DNA from: Lytechinus pictus
Lineage: Eukaryota
Direction of reading: 5' to 3'
Length of the DNA stretch: 64,000 nucleotides
NCBI RefSeq assembly: GCF_037042905.1
Contig: NC_087251.1
Span: forward strand, 23,934,001 to 23,998,000
The notes under the pieces were generated by a model that was not told the origin of the DNA, made no database searches, and saw nothing but the letters and a program-made list of their open reading frames with translations. Shown piece by piece: positions 27,445 through 39,428 of this stretch (position 1 is the stretch's first letter; each line of letters starts with the position of its first letter). The position numbers and the translations under genes are program-made.

Positions 27445-28938
27445 GACCTTATATTCCAACGAATGTGTGTTAAAAGTTCAACAAGGAACCAGATTTAAGG
27501 GTACTCACAAAATATGGAGACTTTCCTTCTGTTTTCACAGCACATAAGTTATTAAACAAAATTGATAAACTACCAGAAATTTATGGACAACTGTCCTTCA
27601 AAAAACATGTATAAAGTAATTATCACCTCAAAATTGGAAAAGAAAAAAAAAGAAAATTTGCTACAAATAAACCGTCCTCTCCAATACAGACTAAAATTAC
27701 ACCTAACCAACTATGAAGTAAAAAAATAATAGATGCAGAAGTTAACATACACATACAATGCAGTGAAACATTTATAAAATTTCAACTTGAAATATCATTT
27801 TGTTTCTGACAAAACATCATGAACTGTAACTATCAAAACATATGAATATGCTCAGTAAACTATAAAACATCCTAAAACTGACATCTATTCAAATAAAAAA
27901 AAAACGATGATTTTTTTTCATGAAAACAGAAATGAAAAAGAAAAAAGCAGTGGGTATGAAACAAATCTCATTTCAGATCAACATTTCATAGGCTTTTTTT
28001 TTTAATTTATCATAACTTTCTTTATATTATACATGTATTTGATCAGATCTTGGCTAAAATACCCTTATCTGATACCTCCAATTAAAGTCAAATCTAATCC
28101 AATTTAATTTTGGAATTTGTATAGCAATTAATATTTAAAAAAAAAAAAAACCACAAAATAGTTATTTCTGGAAATGATGAATGTAATAATTACTTGCAAA
28201 GCAATCTGAAAAAGGGGACAATCTTCAGTCAAGTTCTAAATGTGGATATATTCAGCTGGCCAGAAGATTCAGTTGAGTATTCCATAGCCCACATAGTCTA
28301 CATATATATACATTGTAGATGTACATTCAGTAAATGGCCCAAATTAAAGTTTTAAAAGTGAAAAAAAAATCTGACAAGCAGACCTATGAATGTTTAAACA
28401 TAATTGTGCAAACATAAGCAAACAATAAGAGTGTTTTGAAATCTTATTATAAAAGGTTGTAATTATTTCATCAAAGGGGATTTCAAATTGACAACATATG
28501 AAATGTCATTGTGATGTACGCATGTAATGCCATGTTTGGTACACAAAATGAATGAAACATCATCCTTTACAAAAGCTTTACTCTAAATACTTTTTTTGTT
28601 TTAGTTTGCAAAGAAAAAAAAATACATTCTCATACTGATATATTTTTGATTACCTACTATCTATTATAGGTGCATAAGCTGAGGAGTTGTCCCTACTAAT
28701 TTTCACTTACAACCTAGTTGCCAAATTGCCAATTTGAAATTCACAAAGTCCTAGTAACCTTGTTCTACAAAGAGATATATCACTTTCTTATTCCTTGTCC
28801 AAGTTCTTTAAAACTTTCACCATAGCATTCTGTTTTTACATTTCTCTTTTTAACCGAATCATGGCATTACAAAGATTGGATTCCCCTTTAAGTTTTGGAT
28901 GTACTCTGGGACTTTATACTTACTGTACTAGTACTTAC

Positions 28939-29118
28939 CACTGGTAGTGTCAACCATAAAACCATGAGGTTATCATTGATGTGTCTGAATGCAAGAGGTC
29001 TGATGAACATAAGAGGTATCAAGGGCCCCATCATCAACATGGATCCAAAGAAAGCAGTAAACGAGAGGAGGGACACAAATAAAAACCCTCCTACCTTATT
29101 ATTCAAGATTCCACCCAT
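28939..29118 (-). CDS. LCLAT1: LCLAT1 coding exon 1 (aa 1-60, N-terminal membrane segment)
   Basis: Translates MGGILNNKVGGFLFVSLLSFTAFFGSMLMMGPLIPLMFIRPLAFRHINDNLMVLWLTLPV, matching the vertebrate LCLAT1 N-terminus as I recall it (..SFFGSIFMLSPFLPLMF..WLTLPV). Ends at donor GTG|GTAAGT, phase 0. Confidence 0.93.
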
Positions 29119-29273
29119 CCTAAACGTCTAATTCTATCGAGAGTGACCTGTAGGATGATACAACATGGTACTGTAGGATTAGAAAGGTAGGAATACAGAT
29201 CATGTCAGCAGATTATGCATTAACACTTTTGAAAACTGCACAGGTTTGACATGATTACAGGCGATTAATAAAA

Positions 29274-30542
29274 AACAAGTGGAGCGCCTCTGGCTGTCTC
29301 ACCTGCATCACGCGATTGAATATAGCAGCAGTGCTGACTTTGAAAACTACTATAAAATAATTATTCACAAAAAAACACCATACATAATGATACAATACTA
29401 CGTTCATTGACAACAGATGACATTTGACCATGATCATGCAACCTAAGACTTGGCAGTGATACTTGGTTACCCCTATATCCACATTTTATAGACTAAATCT
29501 ATAAACTTTGAAAGTTATGACAGCAATCTAATAATTACCTCCAAAATGGCCAAAGTTCAATGACCTTAAATGACCTTTGACTTTGGTCATGTGACCTGAA
29601 ACTCACATGAGATGTTCAATGATACTTTAATTACTCTTATGTCAAAGTTTTATGAACTAGACCAATACACCCCAACATGGCCAAAGTCCACTGACCTTTG
29701 ACCTTGGTCATGTGACCTGAAACTCCTACAGGACGTATAGTGATACTTGATTACTCTTATGTCCAAGTTTTATGAACTAGACCAATACACTTACAGAGTT
29801 ATGATGGTATTCAACAAATACCCCCAACATGGCCAAAGTTCATTGACCTTAAATGACCTTTGACCTTGGTCATGTGACCTGAAACTTGCACAGGATGTTC
29901 AGTGATACTTGATTACTCTTATGTCCAAGTTGTATGAACTAGACCAATAAACTTTCAAAGTTATGATGGCAATTCAACAAATACCCCCAACTTGGCCAAA
30001 GTGCATTGACCCTTGACCTTGGTCATGTGACCTGAAATTTGCACAAGATGTTCAGTGATACTTGATTACTCTTATGTTTTATGAAATAGATCCATAAACT
30101 TCAGAGTTATGATGGTTTTTCAACAATTACCCCCAACTTGGCCAAAGTTCATTGACCTTAAATGACCTCTGACCTTGATCATGTGATCTGAAACTCGCAC
30201 AGGATGTGCAGTGATACTTGATTTCTCTTATGTCCAAGTTTCATGAATCAGATCCATAAACTTTTAAAGTTATGATGGTTTTTCAACAAATACCCCCAAT
30301 TTGGCCAAAGTTAATTGACCCTAAATTACCTTTGACCTTGGTCATGTGACCCAAAACTCAGGCAGGATATCAGTAATACTTGATTAACCTTATGTTCAAG
30401 TTTCATGAACTACATGTAGGTCTATATATTTTCTAAGTTATGCTGGTATTTCAAAAACTTAACCTTCGGTTAAGACTTGGTGTTGACGCCGCCGCCGTCG
30501 GAAAAGCGGCGCCTATAGTCTCTCTCTGCTTCGCAGGTGAGA
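29274..30542 (-). mobile_element. Same family, copy 4, with about six internal ~120-163-bp units
   Basis: Both ends present; unit marker GA(C/T)C(T/C)(G/A)AAA near 29593, 29714, 29876, 30029, 30185 and 30348. Confidence 0.7.
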
Positions 30543-31022
30543 AAAAAATTGTACAACTAATCATTTTCATAATACCTTCTTGACAGCAAATTATGATCTA
30601 TCAGAGAGTGATCAAAGATTTTACATACATTTCATCATTCATGTGACAAGGTTCATAGATCAATGTTAGATTTACTTTTATTGAAAATTATATTAGAAAG
30701 ACTGAGTGAAATATCATTTGCATAGAAATGAAAACTATCTAATTCTCCCTATAGCTCTTCATTGTAAAAAATCAATGTTTTTAATATATTTGGAAAAAAA
30801 GAAGTTTCCCTTTTGAATATAGATGTTTTGAAGATACCCTTATTGGTCTCCAAATTCAGTGGTCAATGGCGACAATAGTCAAATATGACTAATCGCCACT
30901 CAAACCAACATAAGAAGAAGGTCGCGAAAATCAGCTCAATTACATATGGCGATGTAAACAGTGGCGAGTTAAATTCCATCTTCTAACTACACATTGAATT
31001 CAATATGACTTAATACTTATCT

Positions 31023-34000
31023 TTAAAGGTCAAGTCCACCCCAGGAAAATGCCGATTTGAATAAATAGAGAAAAATCAAACTAGCATAGTGCTGAAAATT
31101 TCATCAAAATCGGATGTAAAATAAGAAAGTTATGACATTTTAAAGTTTTGCTTATTTTTCAAAAAACAGCGATATGCACAACTAGGTGACTCAGTCGATG
31201 ATGTCCATCACTCACTATTTCTTTTGTTTTTTTTATTGTTTGAATTATACAATATTTCATTTTTTTTTAGATTTGACAATAATGAACAACTTGACTGAAC
31301 CATATAGTATTAAACAATGCTAATTCCACATGTTCAGGGAGGAATTAATCGTTGTCTCACTTGACAATGAGGAGAAAATTAGAATATTTCATATAATAAA
31401 ATACAAAAGAAATAGTGAGTGGATGACGTCATCGTCTCCTCATTTGCATACCAGCCAGGATGTGCATATAAAAGTTCTGTTTTGTGAAATTAAGGACGTT
31501 CCACAGTTAAAATGAAGTCCATGTCATTTTCACAAAATTTTGCAGAGAGTTACTTTGGTATCTATGCATTATGAAAAGGCAAAAAGTAATATAGGTTTAT
31601 GTGCTTTTTTTTTTCCTACGGGTCTTCAAAGTCGCCATATTTGAATGGCAATCTTGCGCAATCAAGAGAATCATGCCTCTCTTAGACCTCACGAATTCAC
31701 CAAATGAGTTTAAATCATCTTTACTCAGTGGATACCGCATCAAACTTCATCAAATTTTCAAGCTATATAACAAAGTGTATACCAAAGTAAGAGAAAGTTT
31801 TTTAATTGGTAAAACTATATCAGTTTGGAGTCAGCAGCGCCCTCATTTGGCAAGAATGGTGCAAAAACATGGAAAAAACAAATCTTTAAAGTCGTGAATC
31901 AATTCAAAAATTAAAAAAGTATTTTGCAAGCTGCACTTTTATCAAAATCCATGTCATTTTCATCAAAGTCGGCTAAATTGTAGAGGAATGCATATCGAAG
32001 GCGTAGGGAAGTTAAAAATATAGGGTCCATGTGCTCGTTTTTAAACTATTGGTGTCTAAAGTGTTGCGAGTTGGCTTGAAAATTGCCTAAAAAGCGCCGA
32101 AAACATGCAAAAGTCTCTTAATACCCTCTAAAATGCAAATGGTTCCATACTAGTATTTCGCTCCCAAACATTAAAAATCCATGTCATTTTCATCATACTC
32201 TCTAGATTTGTAGAGAAATATATTCAAAAGGCATTAAAATATTAAAAATATGGGGTCCATGTGCTCATTTTTAAACTATCAGTGTCCAAAGTGTTGGGAG
32301 TTGGCTTGAAAATATTGAAATCCACCTAAAGTGATGCGAAAACAAGTAAAAAGTATAATACCGTCTAAAATGCAAATGGTTTCATATTTCGCTCCCATGC
32401 ATCTAAAATCCATGTCATTTTTATCATACTCTCCATATTTGTAAAAGAATATATTCTGAAGACATTAAAATATTAAAATTATGGGGTCCATGTGCTCGTT
32501 TTTTAACTATTGGTGTACCAAGTATTGCAAGTTGGCTTGGATATCGCCTAAAAAGCGCTGAAAACATGCAAAAGTCTAATAATACCGTCTAAAATGCGGA
32601 TGGTTTCGATCCGTAGTTTTGCTCCCTAACATTCAAAATCCATGTCATTTTCACCATGCTCTCTAGATTTGTAGAGGAATATATTCTGAAGACGTTAAAA
32701 TATTAAAAATATGGGGTCCATGTGCTCGTTATCAAACTATCAGTGTCTAAATTGTTGCAAGTTGGCTTGAAACAGTCTATAATGCGCCTAAAACGGGCAA
32801 AAGTCTAATACCGTCAAAAATGTATAAAATACGAATGTTCCTTAATCCTGCTCCCAAACATTAAAAAATCCATGTCATTTTCATCATACTCTCTAGATTT
32901 GTAGAGGAATATATTCTGAAGAAGTCAAGACATTTAAACTATGGGGTCCATGTGCTCGTTTTCAAATTATCAGTGTCCACTGTCCAAACTATTGCAAGTT
33001 GGCTTGAAACAACCCAAAATGCGCCGAAAACAAGCAAAAGTCTGTTAATACCGTCTAAAATGCGAATGGTTCCGTAGTCTTGCTCCCAAACATTGAAAAT
33101 CCATGTCATTTTCATCATACTTTGCACATAGATACTTTAGCACCTGAATATTCCAAATATTCAAAAATTAACATGGGTCCATGTGCTTGATTTTTTGCTA
33201 TAGAGCTTCAAGTTAACCCAAAATGGATGATGTTCTTAAAAATTGCGCATCCAAAAGAATTTGGCATTTTTACACCTCACGAGATCACAACAATGAGTTT
33301 AAAGCTCTATTACTCGGTCAAAATCCATGAAAATTTCATCAAATTTTGCAATATGATTAATATTTGTATCTTTAAGATGGATAATCTATTTATATTGCTG
33401 TCAATTGTTTGCTCATTTAAGTCTAACAACACTCTCAGTTCTTAGAAATTGCGGGAAAGATACTCAACCTCAAACATTTCAAATTTCAATAACAAACTAG
33501 AGAAGTAAAAGAAATGCTGCACTTTATTCAAAACCCATGTCATTTTCACCAAGCTTTGCAAAGTTGTAGAGGAAGGTATACCTAAGAGGTGCAAACATTA
33601 AAAAATATGGGTTTGTTTTCAAACTATCAGCACTCTTATTACAGCAAATTTGCTTCTTAAAACACCCGAAAACGCGCCAAAAGCTTTGTATCTATGTGAG
33701 GAAAAATTTTGAACCACTTTTCAATTTATTCAAACTCATACTTTGCAGCACTACAGAGAAACTATTTTGAAATTGTAGAGGAATAAAAAAATGGTCTATG
33801 GAATAATTCCAGTTTATTAGCTTCATAAAATAACACATTTGATCTGCAGTTAGTGCAGATAAGGAGAAAAATCAGCTCACATTACCTACATATAGCTGAT
33901 TAATCACCAGTTCATCCATTGTGACGTCAGCGTGCAGAGTGTAAAATATGCGCAGATCATGATGCGCACAAACATTACTGTGGAATGTCCTTAAGCGAAA

Positions 34001-34069
34001 CTTTAAAATGTCATAACTAAGTTATTTTACATCCGATTTTGATGAATTTTTTTGTTGGGGTGGACTTTT
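31023..34069. mobile_element. Kolobok-like MITE (TTAA|AGG termini), split by a second element
   Basis: Starts TTAAAGGTCAAGTCCACCCC and ends GGGGTGGACTT; the family also occurs at ~2692-3183, ~11170-11640, ~41175-41790 and ~49427-50081. Confidence 0.7.
31494..33990. mobile_element. Kolobok-like non-autonomous element with internal ~231-bp tandem array
   Basis: TTAA TSD (31490-31493, 33991-33994); TIR GGACGTTCCACAGT / ACTGTGGAATGTCC; AAAATCCATGTCATTTT unit starts near 31944, 32174, 32406, 32635, 32866 and 33097. Confidence 0.85.
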
Positions 34070-34190
34070 TAGGGCTAGAACACTCATTCCGCTACTCCCC
34101 AGGGCTTTTTCTGGTGACGGGCGTTCCATTGTCAATTTTTATATCATTTTTTTATATAAAAAGCATATAAGAAAGAGCAAAATTGCATAC

Positions 34191-34224
34191 CTCAGCATGG
34201 AAAAAGACTTTGCATGTTTCTTCC
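34191..34224 (-). other. LCLAT1: Probable LCLAT1 5'UTR exon (34 nt)
   Basis: TCTTCTTTTTATTTCCAG acceptor and GAG|GTATGC donor on the minus strand, upstream of the first coding exon. Confidence 0.55.
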
Positions 34225-35300
34225 CTGGAAATAAAAAGAAGATCGTTGGTGGCGCTAATACAATTCACAACCTTAATTCAGCTCGTCTGTATTTTATAAC
34301 TAGATTCTAGATTCATTGTATGCGCAATTCCCATGCATGATTGTTTGATAAAATATAGACACCAATAAATGCAATAACAAAAAACATACTTTTTAGATTA
34401 TTTTTGCTGACGATAATACTTTTGGAAAACATTCAGAGCGAGGACAAATTAAACAAAAAAATTTAGAAAATTCTAAGCCAGCAGCGCTACCGTTCGTAGC
34501 AAAAATAGTTGAATAATTGACTGGTTGCCAAATAAAAAGAAGAAACCCCCCCCCCCCCCCGTTTGTCAACAAACTTCCACCAGTCTTTACAATAAAAATT
34601 AAGATTGGACACTTTGCCGACCGTTGTAACGCTTTACATCGATTTACATGTAAAATAGTTTTTGTGCCTAGTCTTTCCCTTGCAGTGTCTTTGATATGAA
34701 GATAAATCGCGCTCAATCTTTAGCTAATTAGACGAAAAATTTCGGAAATAGAAGACTGCTCCATATTTTGTCAACGAGAAGAAAAATCAGCGCTTAAACT
34801 AAGTAAGTTACATGACGCTATTTGAGGGATATTCATGATTAGATTTAGAGCTAGGGAATCGACTTCACAATCACATCGTTCGGAAAGTTTTGCAGAAGGA
34901 CTTTATTTTATCAAAGCTTACTCTTAAATTCGTGCAAGGGCCAAGCAAGTGTTGCAATTTTAAATGCGCCGTGCCTTCAATTTTCCTGTACACGGTGGCA
35001 CACTTTATAAATGCACCCATGCCATGGGTGAGGGTAAGCTAACCCCACTCACACAACATGCGAGGTTAGTGAGCTAACCCCAGCAGAGCTGAGCCGAGTG
35101 AGTCAATCCCCGGCCCCGCCGTGGTTCGAACGTCTAGTCGGGCGCGGTCGGGCTATCGCTAGCGTATGGACCGGGAGCTGATGCTACCGTACCGCTATAC
35201 CGGTATGCAAAAAAAAAAACACACACGATCGCGAAATTACGATAGAGATTTTGGGGAATTCTAGAAAAGAGGGATAAGTCTTCATAATTTAGTCACTTAC

Positions 35301-35432
35301 CAAAGACTCTGAATAAAACCAAAGATGATCCTGTTAGTTCTTCGTTGGTTCTTCCGCTCCCAATTTTCACTTTATATCACAAAAATGACAGTATCAAACT
35401 TCGTGTTGTCCCTTTACCGTCGCGAACTCGCG
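35301..35432 (-). promoter_or_regulatory. LCLAT1: Probable LCLAT1 first non-coding exon / promoter region
   Basis: Strong donor TTG|GTAAGTGA at 35301/35300; CpG-rich neighbourhood 35040-35435 with TCGCG motifs near 35420-35432. The TSS position is approximate. Confidence 0.5.
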
Positions 35433-35742
35433 ATGATATTATGAACGTAGAGAGTGTATGGTGTCGTTGAGATATGAAAAAAAAAATATTCATCAAAAAG
35501 GTTCACCTGATAATAATCATCATTATCATCGTTATGCACAAAAGGGGGGTTTGGGTTTGTCGGTTTGTTTCCATTTTTTTTTCATTATATTTTGCTTCGA
35601 CTTATTTTGGAGAAGAAATGTCTCCTGTTTGGGAATTGATAACATTCTTTTTAACATGTTAAATTTTCTGGGAGGAAAAACGAGAATCAAGTTATGATAA
35701 CTTTTTGAACTTCCTCTAAAAGTATCTTGAAATGCTTGCATG

Positions 35743-35917
35743 CATCATCATCATCGTCATCAGCGGGCATCATCACCACCATCGCCACTACCATCATTAT
35801 CACCATCATTACCATCACCATTATTATCATCATCATCATCATCATCATCCTCCTCATCATCGTCGTCGTCGTCGTCATCATCATCATCACCGTCATCATT
35901 ATCACCATCATCATGAT
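35743..35917. repeat. Degenerate (CAT)n/(CAC)n/(CGT)n trinucleotide microsatellite
   Basis: Directly visible; it explains the poly-His, poly-Ile and poly-Met ORFs in the track. Confidence 0.95.
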
Positions 35918-36715
35918 GATTAGCAAACTGCATTGTTATTCACAATTGCCCTAATTCGTTTTTACTTCACCTTTTAAAAGTATTTTTAAAGGTCAAGTCC
36001 ACAAAAAATAATTTCATTTCCGTTTCGTAGATGAATTGAAGCGAGATGAGCTATTTTGTCCATATCAAGCCTTTGAATTCATTCATGCAGGAGAGTAAAT
36101 ATTCTGCCTATAATGAAGAGCATCTGATTAGGACAAGGACGAACATCCTCTGGACGAAAACAACTTGTCAGTCGCTGACAAGAAGTTCAACAATGTTATG
36201 AAAATAGTCAGGCTAAGATGGTCAATTAAACTAAGAAAGAACAATTGTTATCAGAAGCTATATTATATTAAAGCAACGTATAAAAACGTCTCAACTCTTT
36301 AACTTCGGCGGATGGAGGATCCCCCCCCCCCCCACACACACACACACTGACACTTTTCGGAGAGGGCGAGGCCTGTCAGTCTGTCACAACTTCCGCCCCA
36401 CACCTTTCACGACAAATCTATTTTATTTCTTAGTCATCAAATAATTGACATTGCTGTTCAGTGGTTCATCTTTATCAAATGTCGGCAAAATTATGCTTAA
36501 TTTGGCATAATTTTGCATTCTAAAAACGCCTGTCACTCAGATCCCGCGCTATCTTACAAAAATTTGGCTACGACGTTATGAGTTCAATAATAAAATGACT
36601 TTTGAATATGGTTATAACATTCATCATCGACCAATCAGAACATTATTCTTCGAAAAAAAAAATACTGTGAATTAGGGGGCAGTAGCCCTATATCGTGGCA
36701 TGTTTGTGGAAGCAG

Positions 36716-37027
36716 GGGCCGATTGCACGAAAGGGTCTTTCCAAGGACCGTCTTTCGTGTCGCCCATCTTTTATGATGCGCTTATAAGCGGGGTGTTTCT
36801 GAAATTTATGATAAACAAATAGAATTCGTAAGCTTGCTTTTAAATCAAATTTTAAACAATTTCATGAGATATAACATCATTTTATAAACAAATATTTTGT
36901 TTATTTTAACGGACAAATAAAATATATTTGCAGATAATTTATTTGAAATGCGTTTCACATGGCGTATCATAAAAGATGGGCGACACGAAAGACGGTCCTT
37001 GGAAAGACCCTTTCGTGCAATCGGCCC
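36716..37027. mobile_element. Harbinger-like foldback MITE with ~60-bp near-perfect TIRs
   Basis: GGGCCGATTGCACGAAAGGGTCTTTCCAAGGACCGTCTTTCGTGTCGCCCATCTTTTATGAT is mirrored at the right end; CAG/CTG flanks. Confidence 0.85.
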
Positions 37028-37082
37028 CTGGTGATTTTGTACTATGATTTTGTACCCCCAAACGTACGGTAGCCTAGCTACA

Positions 37083-37792
37083 CACTAAGAAATTCCGGTG
37101 CAAATGGGGTGTACGATACGCGCGTGCACCTCGCAAAACCATCTTATGCGAGAGTCCGTGTCTGTTGCACACTGGTTGCACACCCATGTACTCTTTGCGT
37201 GCACCCCACGAGTCTCGCTGATAGACGTATGGTATAGATAAAGTTGATTTGTAATAGAAGATTACCCGAAATAACAGTGCACTAACGCCACACTTTACCT
37301 TAGTGAAATGATTTGTTAAATATTTAATATTTATGTGATGATAATTGTTTCAAAAACACATTTGATTACGTATACATTTGGAGAAACAGTAAATAGAGCA
37401 AGTTGAATCAGCAAAAGTAAAAAAAGAATCGGATCCTGTCGCTAGAGACCTCTTCCTGTCTCAGCGCTTCTCGCTGGCATAGCGGGAAGAATCTTGACTA
37501 CAGATAAAACGAAGTGAGTTCGAAGCATAACTAAGATAAATAAAAATTGATACAGAAAGTGAATGAACCGAAAGTCTCGAAATCTTTTTTTTTTTTTTTT
37601 TTTAGGTGGGAGTACATTATGCACCCTAAGGGGTAGACGTGCACACCCTCTAAGGTGCGATGGGCACCCCAAATAGGGTTGCACACTGTACACCCCTATT
37701 CGGGGTGTACGTGTGCACTGCTAGGGGTACTCGTATAGGGACAAGCCTGTGCACCCCATAGGGGTGTGAAATTGAACCCGAATTTCTTAGTG
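37083..37792. mobile_element. CACTA/EnSpm-like non-autonomous element
   Basis: TIR CACTAAGAAATTC / GAATTTCTTAGTG; many subterminal GCACCC/GGGTG repeats. Confidence 0.65.
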
Positions 37793-39329
37793 TACAAAGA
37801 GTTATATATATAGGCCCAACTTATGGCATATTGAATTGATCAAATTTATGCCTTCAATAAACACAGCAGTATTTCATAAAACTTTTCATTTCAATATGAG
37901 ACTTAAACTCTAATAAATATTTTGAATGTAAATTAAATTTTGCTCAGAATTTTGAATGTTGCATCTTTTTTAAATATAATGTCAAAGATTATTCAAATCT
38001 GTACTTTCTGGATCTTATTCTTCTCATTTGCATCATTTTGCTATTTCCACGTATTGAAAGTTTATGTTATTGTCTGTGACTGGCCTGAAGTCACCCCCGT
38101 GTCTCGATAATCAAGATCCCATGTCTTTTCCCATTCTCACCTAACCTCTAACCAGTAAGTAAATGAGTTTTTATTGAAAAAAAAATCGATCGACTGTGTA
38201 GTTCTCATTTCATTCGTTTTGATATAAAAGCTTTGTATTTTTTCCTTTTCTTCTGAAGTTTCATTTCGTTATTGATAGGTGATCCTTATTTTCCTCTGTA
38301 GCTCATTATTTTTAACTGATAATAGAATAAGCATCGTTTCAGAGGCTTGCTCACTATATATACGCTCGTTCGCCACAGATTTTCAGTATCTCTCATATAC
38401 ATACCCCTTGAAAGATATTTTGGAGACAGTCTTCCAACTACTAGCATATGATCACTTGCTTTGCTCGCTGCATACATAGCTGCTCAACTGTAATCACAAT
38501 AAAAATAGACCTTAACTGTCATCACCAAAAGTGGAGGCATTATGGACAGATTCATTTTTCCCAGTATAGGCCTACCGAGCCCATGATGTGGGGGTGCCCC
38601 CAAATTTTGAATTTTAAAATTTTCGGCTCAATATATTGCTATCATGACCATTCCCCCTTGTGCTCGGACCAGATTTAGGGAACTGATTTTTTATCATCCT
38701 GTTAAATTTCTTGAATCTTGTAACTTTATATAATCATAAAGTCATTAATTATTATAACAACGTGTGTTATTATTATTATTATTATTGTTATTTTCAACAT
38801 TTTTTTTAAAACAGTAGGCCTATCATTGTCCGTCATTATTTTAAACCTGTATGCCTTTGAATTTTTACTATGAGTTTTATATATAGATTTGTTCTGTCAC
38901 ATACATAGAGAATAAAACCAGTTAGCAATCAATCAATCAACCAATCAAACAATCAATCATTTATGAAATGACTTCATAGACCAATCAGAACATTATTCCT
39001 TGGAAAAACAAAACTACCGTGAATTAGGGGGTAGTATATCGTGGCATGTTTGAGGAAGCGGGTGATTTTATACCTCATGTAGCCTACAAATAGATATACT
39101 GATGGCATTGATCAAATTAATGCCTTTAATAAGCACAGCTGCAATTATTATCATTTTGTATGAAATTTTCTATATTATGTATGTATGAATTTCATATGAA
39201 GTGAATGAATAATAAAGATTACAAAGAGATTACAACAAAACAAAAAATCAATAAATCGAAATATTCAAGATAATGTCATGGTTCTAGGGTTTGCTTGTGA
39301 TGAAGAAAAGTATTCTGCTTTAAATAATC

Positions 39330-39347
39330 ACCCAGTAGATGGCGCTA
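39330..39347 (+). promoter_or_regulatory. CTCF-consensus motif
   Basis: CCAGTAGATGGCGC fits CCASYAGRKGGCRS. Confidence 0.45.
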
Positions 39348-39401
39348 TACTAACTTTTCATTTTAGGTGTGGTGGAGGTGCCATGGCCGACGAGAGGGAA
39401 T

Positions 39402-39428
39402 CACTGAACTAGTATCTCTAGTTCAGTG
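39402..39428. mobile_element. 27-bp palindromic mini-insertion with 8-bp TSD
   Basis: GAGGGAAT|CACTGAACTAG-TATCT-CTAGTTCAGTG|GAGGGAAT. Confidence 0.8.

Noticed and set aside
31940..33130. Regular array and associated ORFs (31601-31897, 32939-33127, 33227-33445)
   Set aside because: Whole-unit tandem repeat inside a non-autonomous transposon; the ORFs show no protein-like features.
34790..35045. Plus-strand donors (AA|GTAAGT ~34803, GG|GTAAGC ~35034) as an antisense gene
   Set aside because: No matching acceptors or ORF seen; insufficient support.
35687..35954. Poly-His, poly-Met and poly-Ile ORFs
   Set aside because: Translations of a (CAT)n microsatellite.
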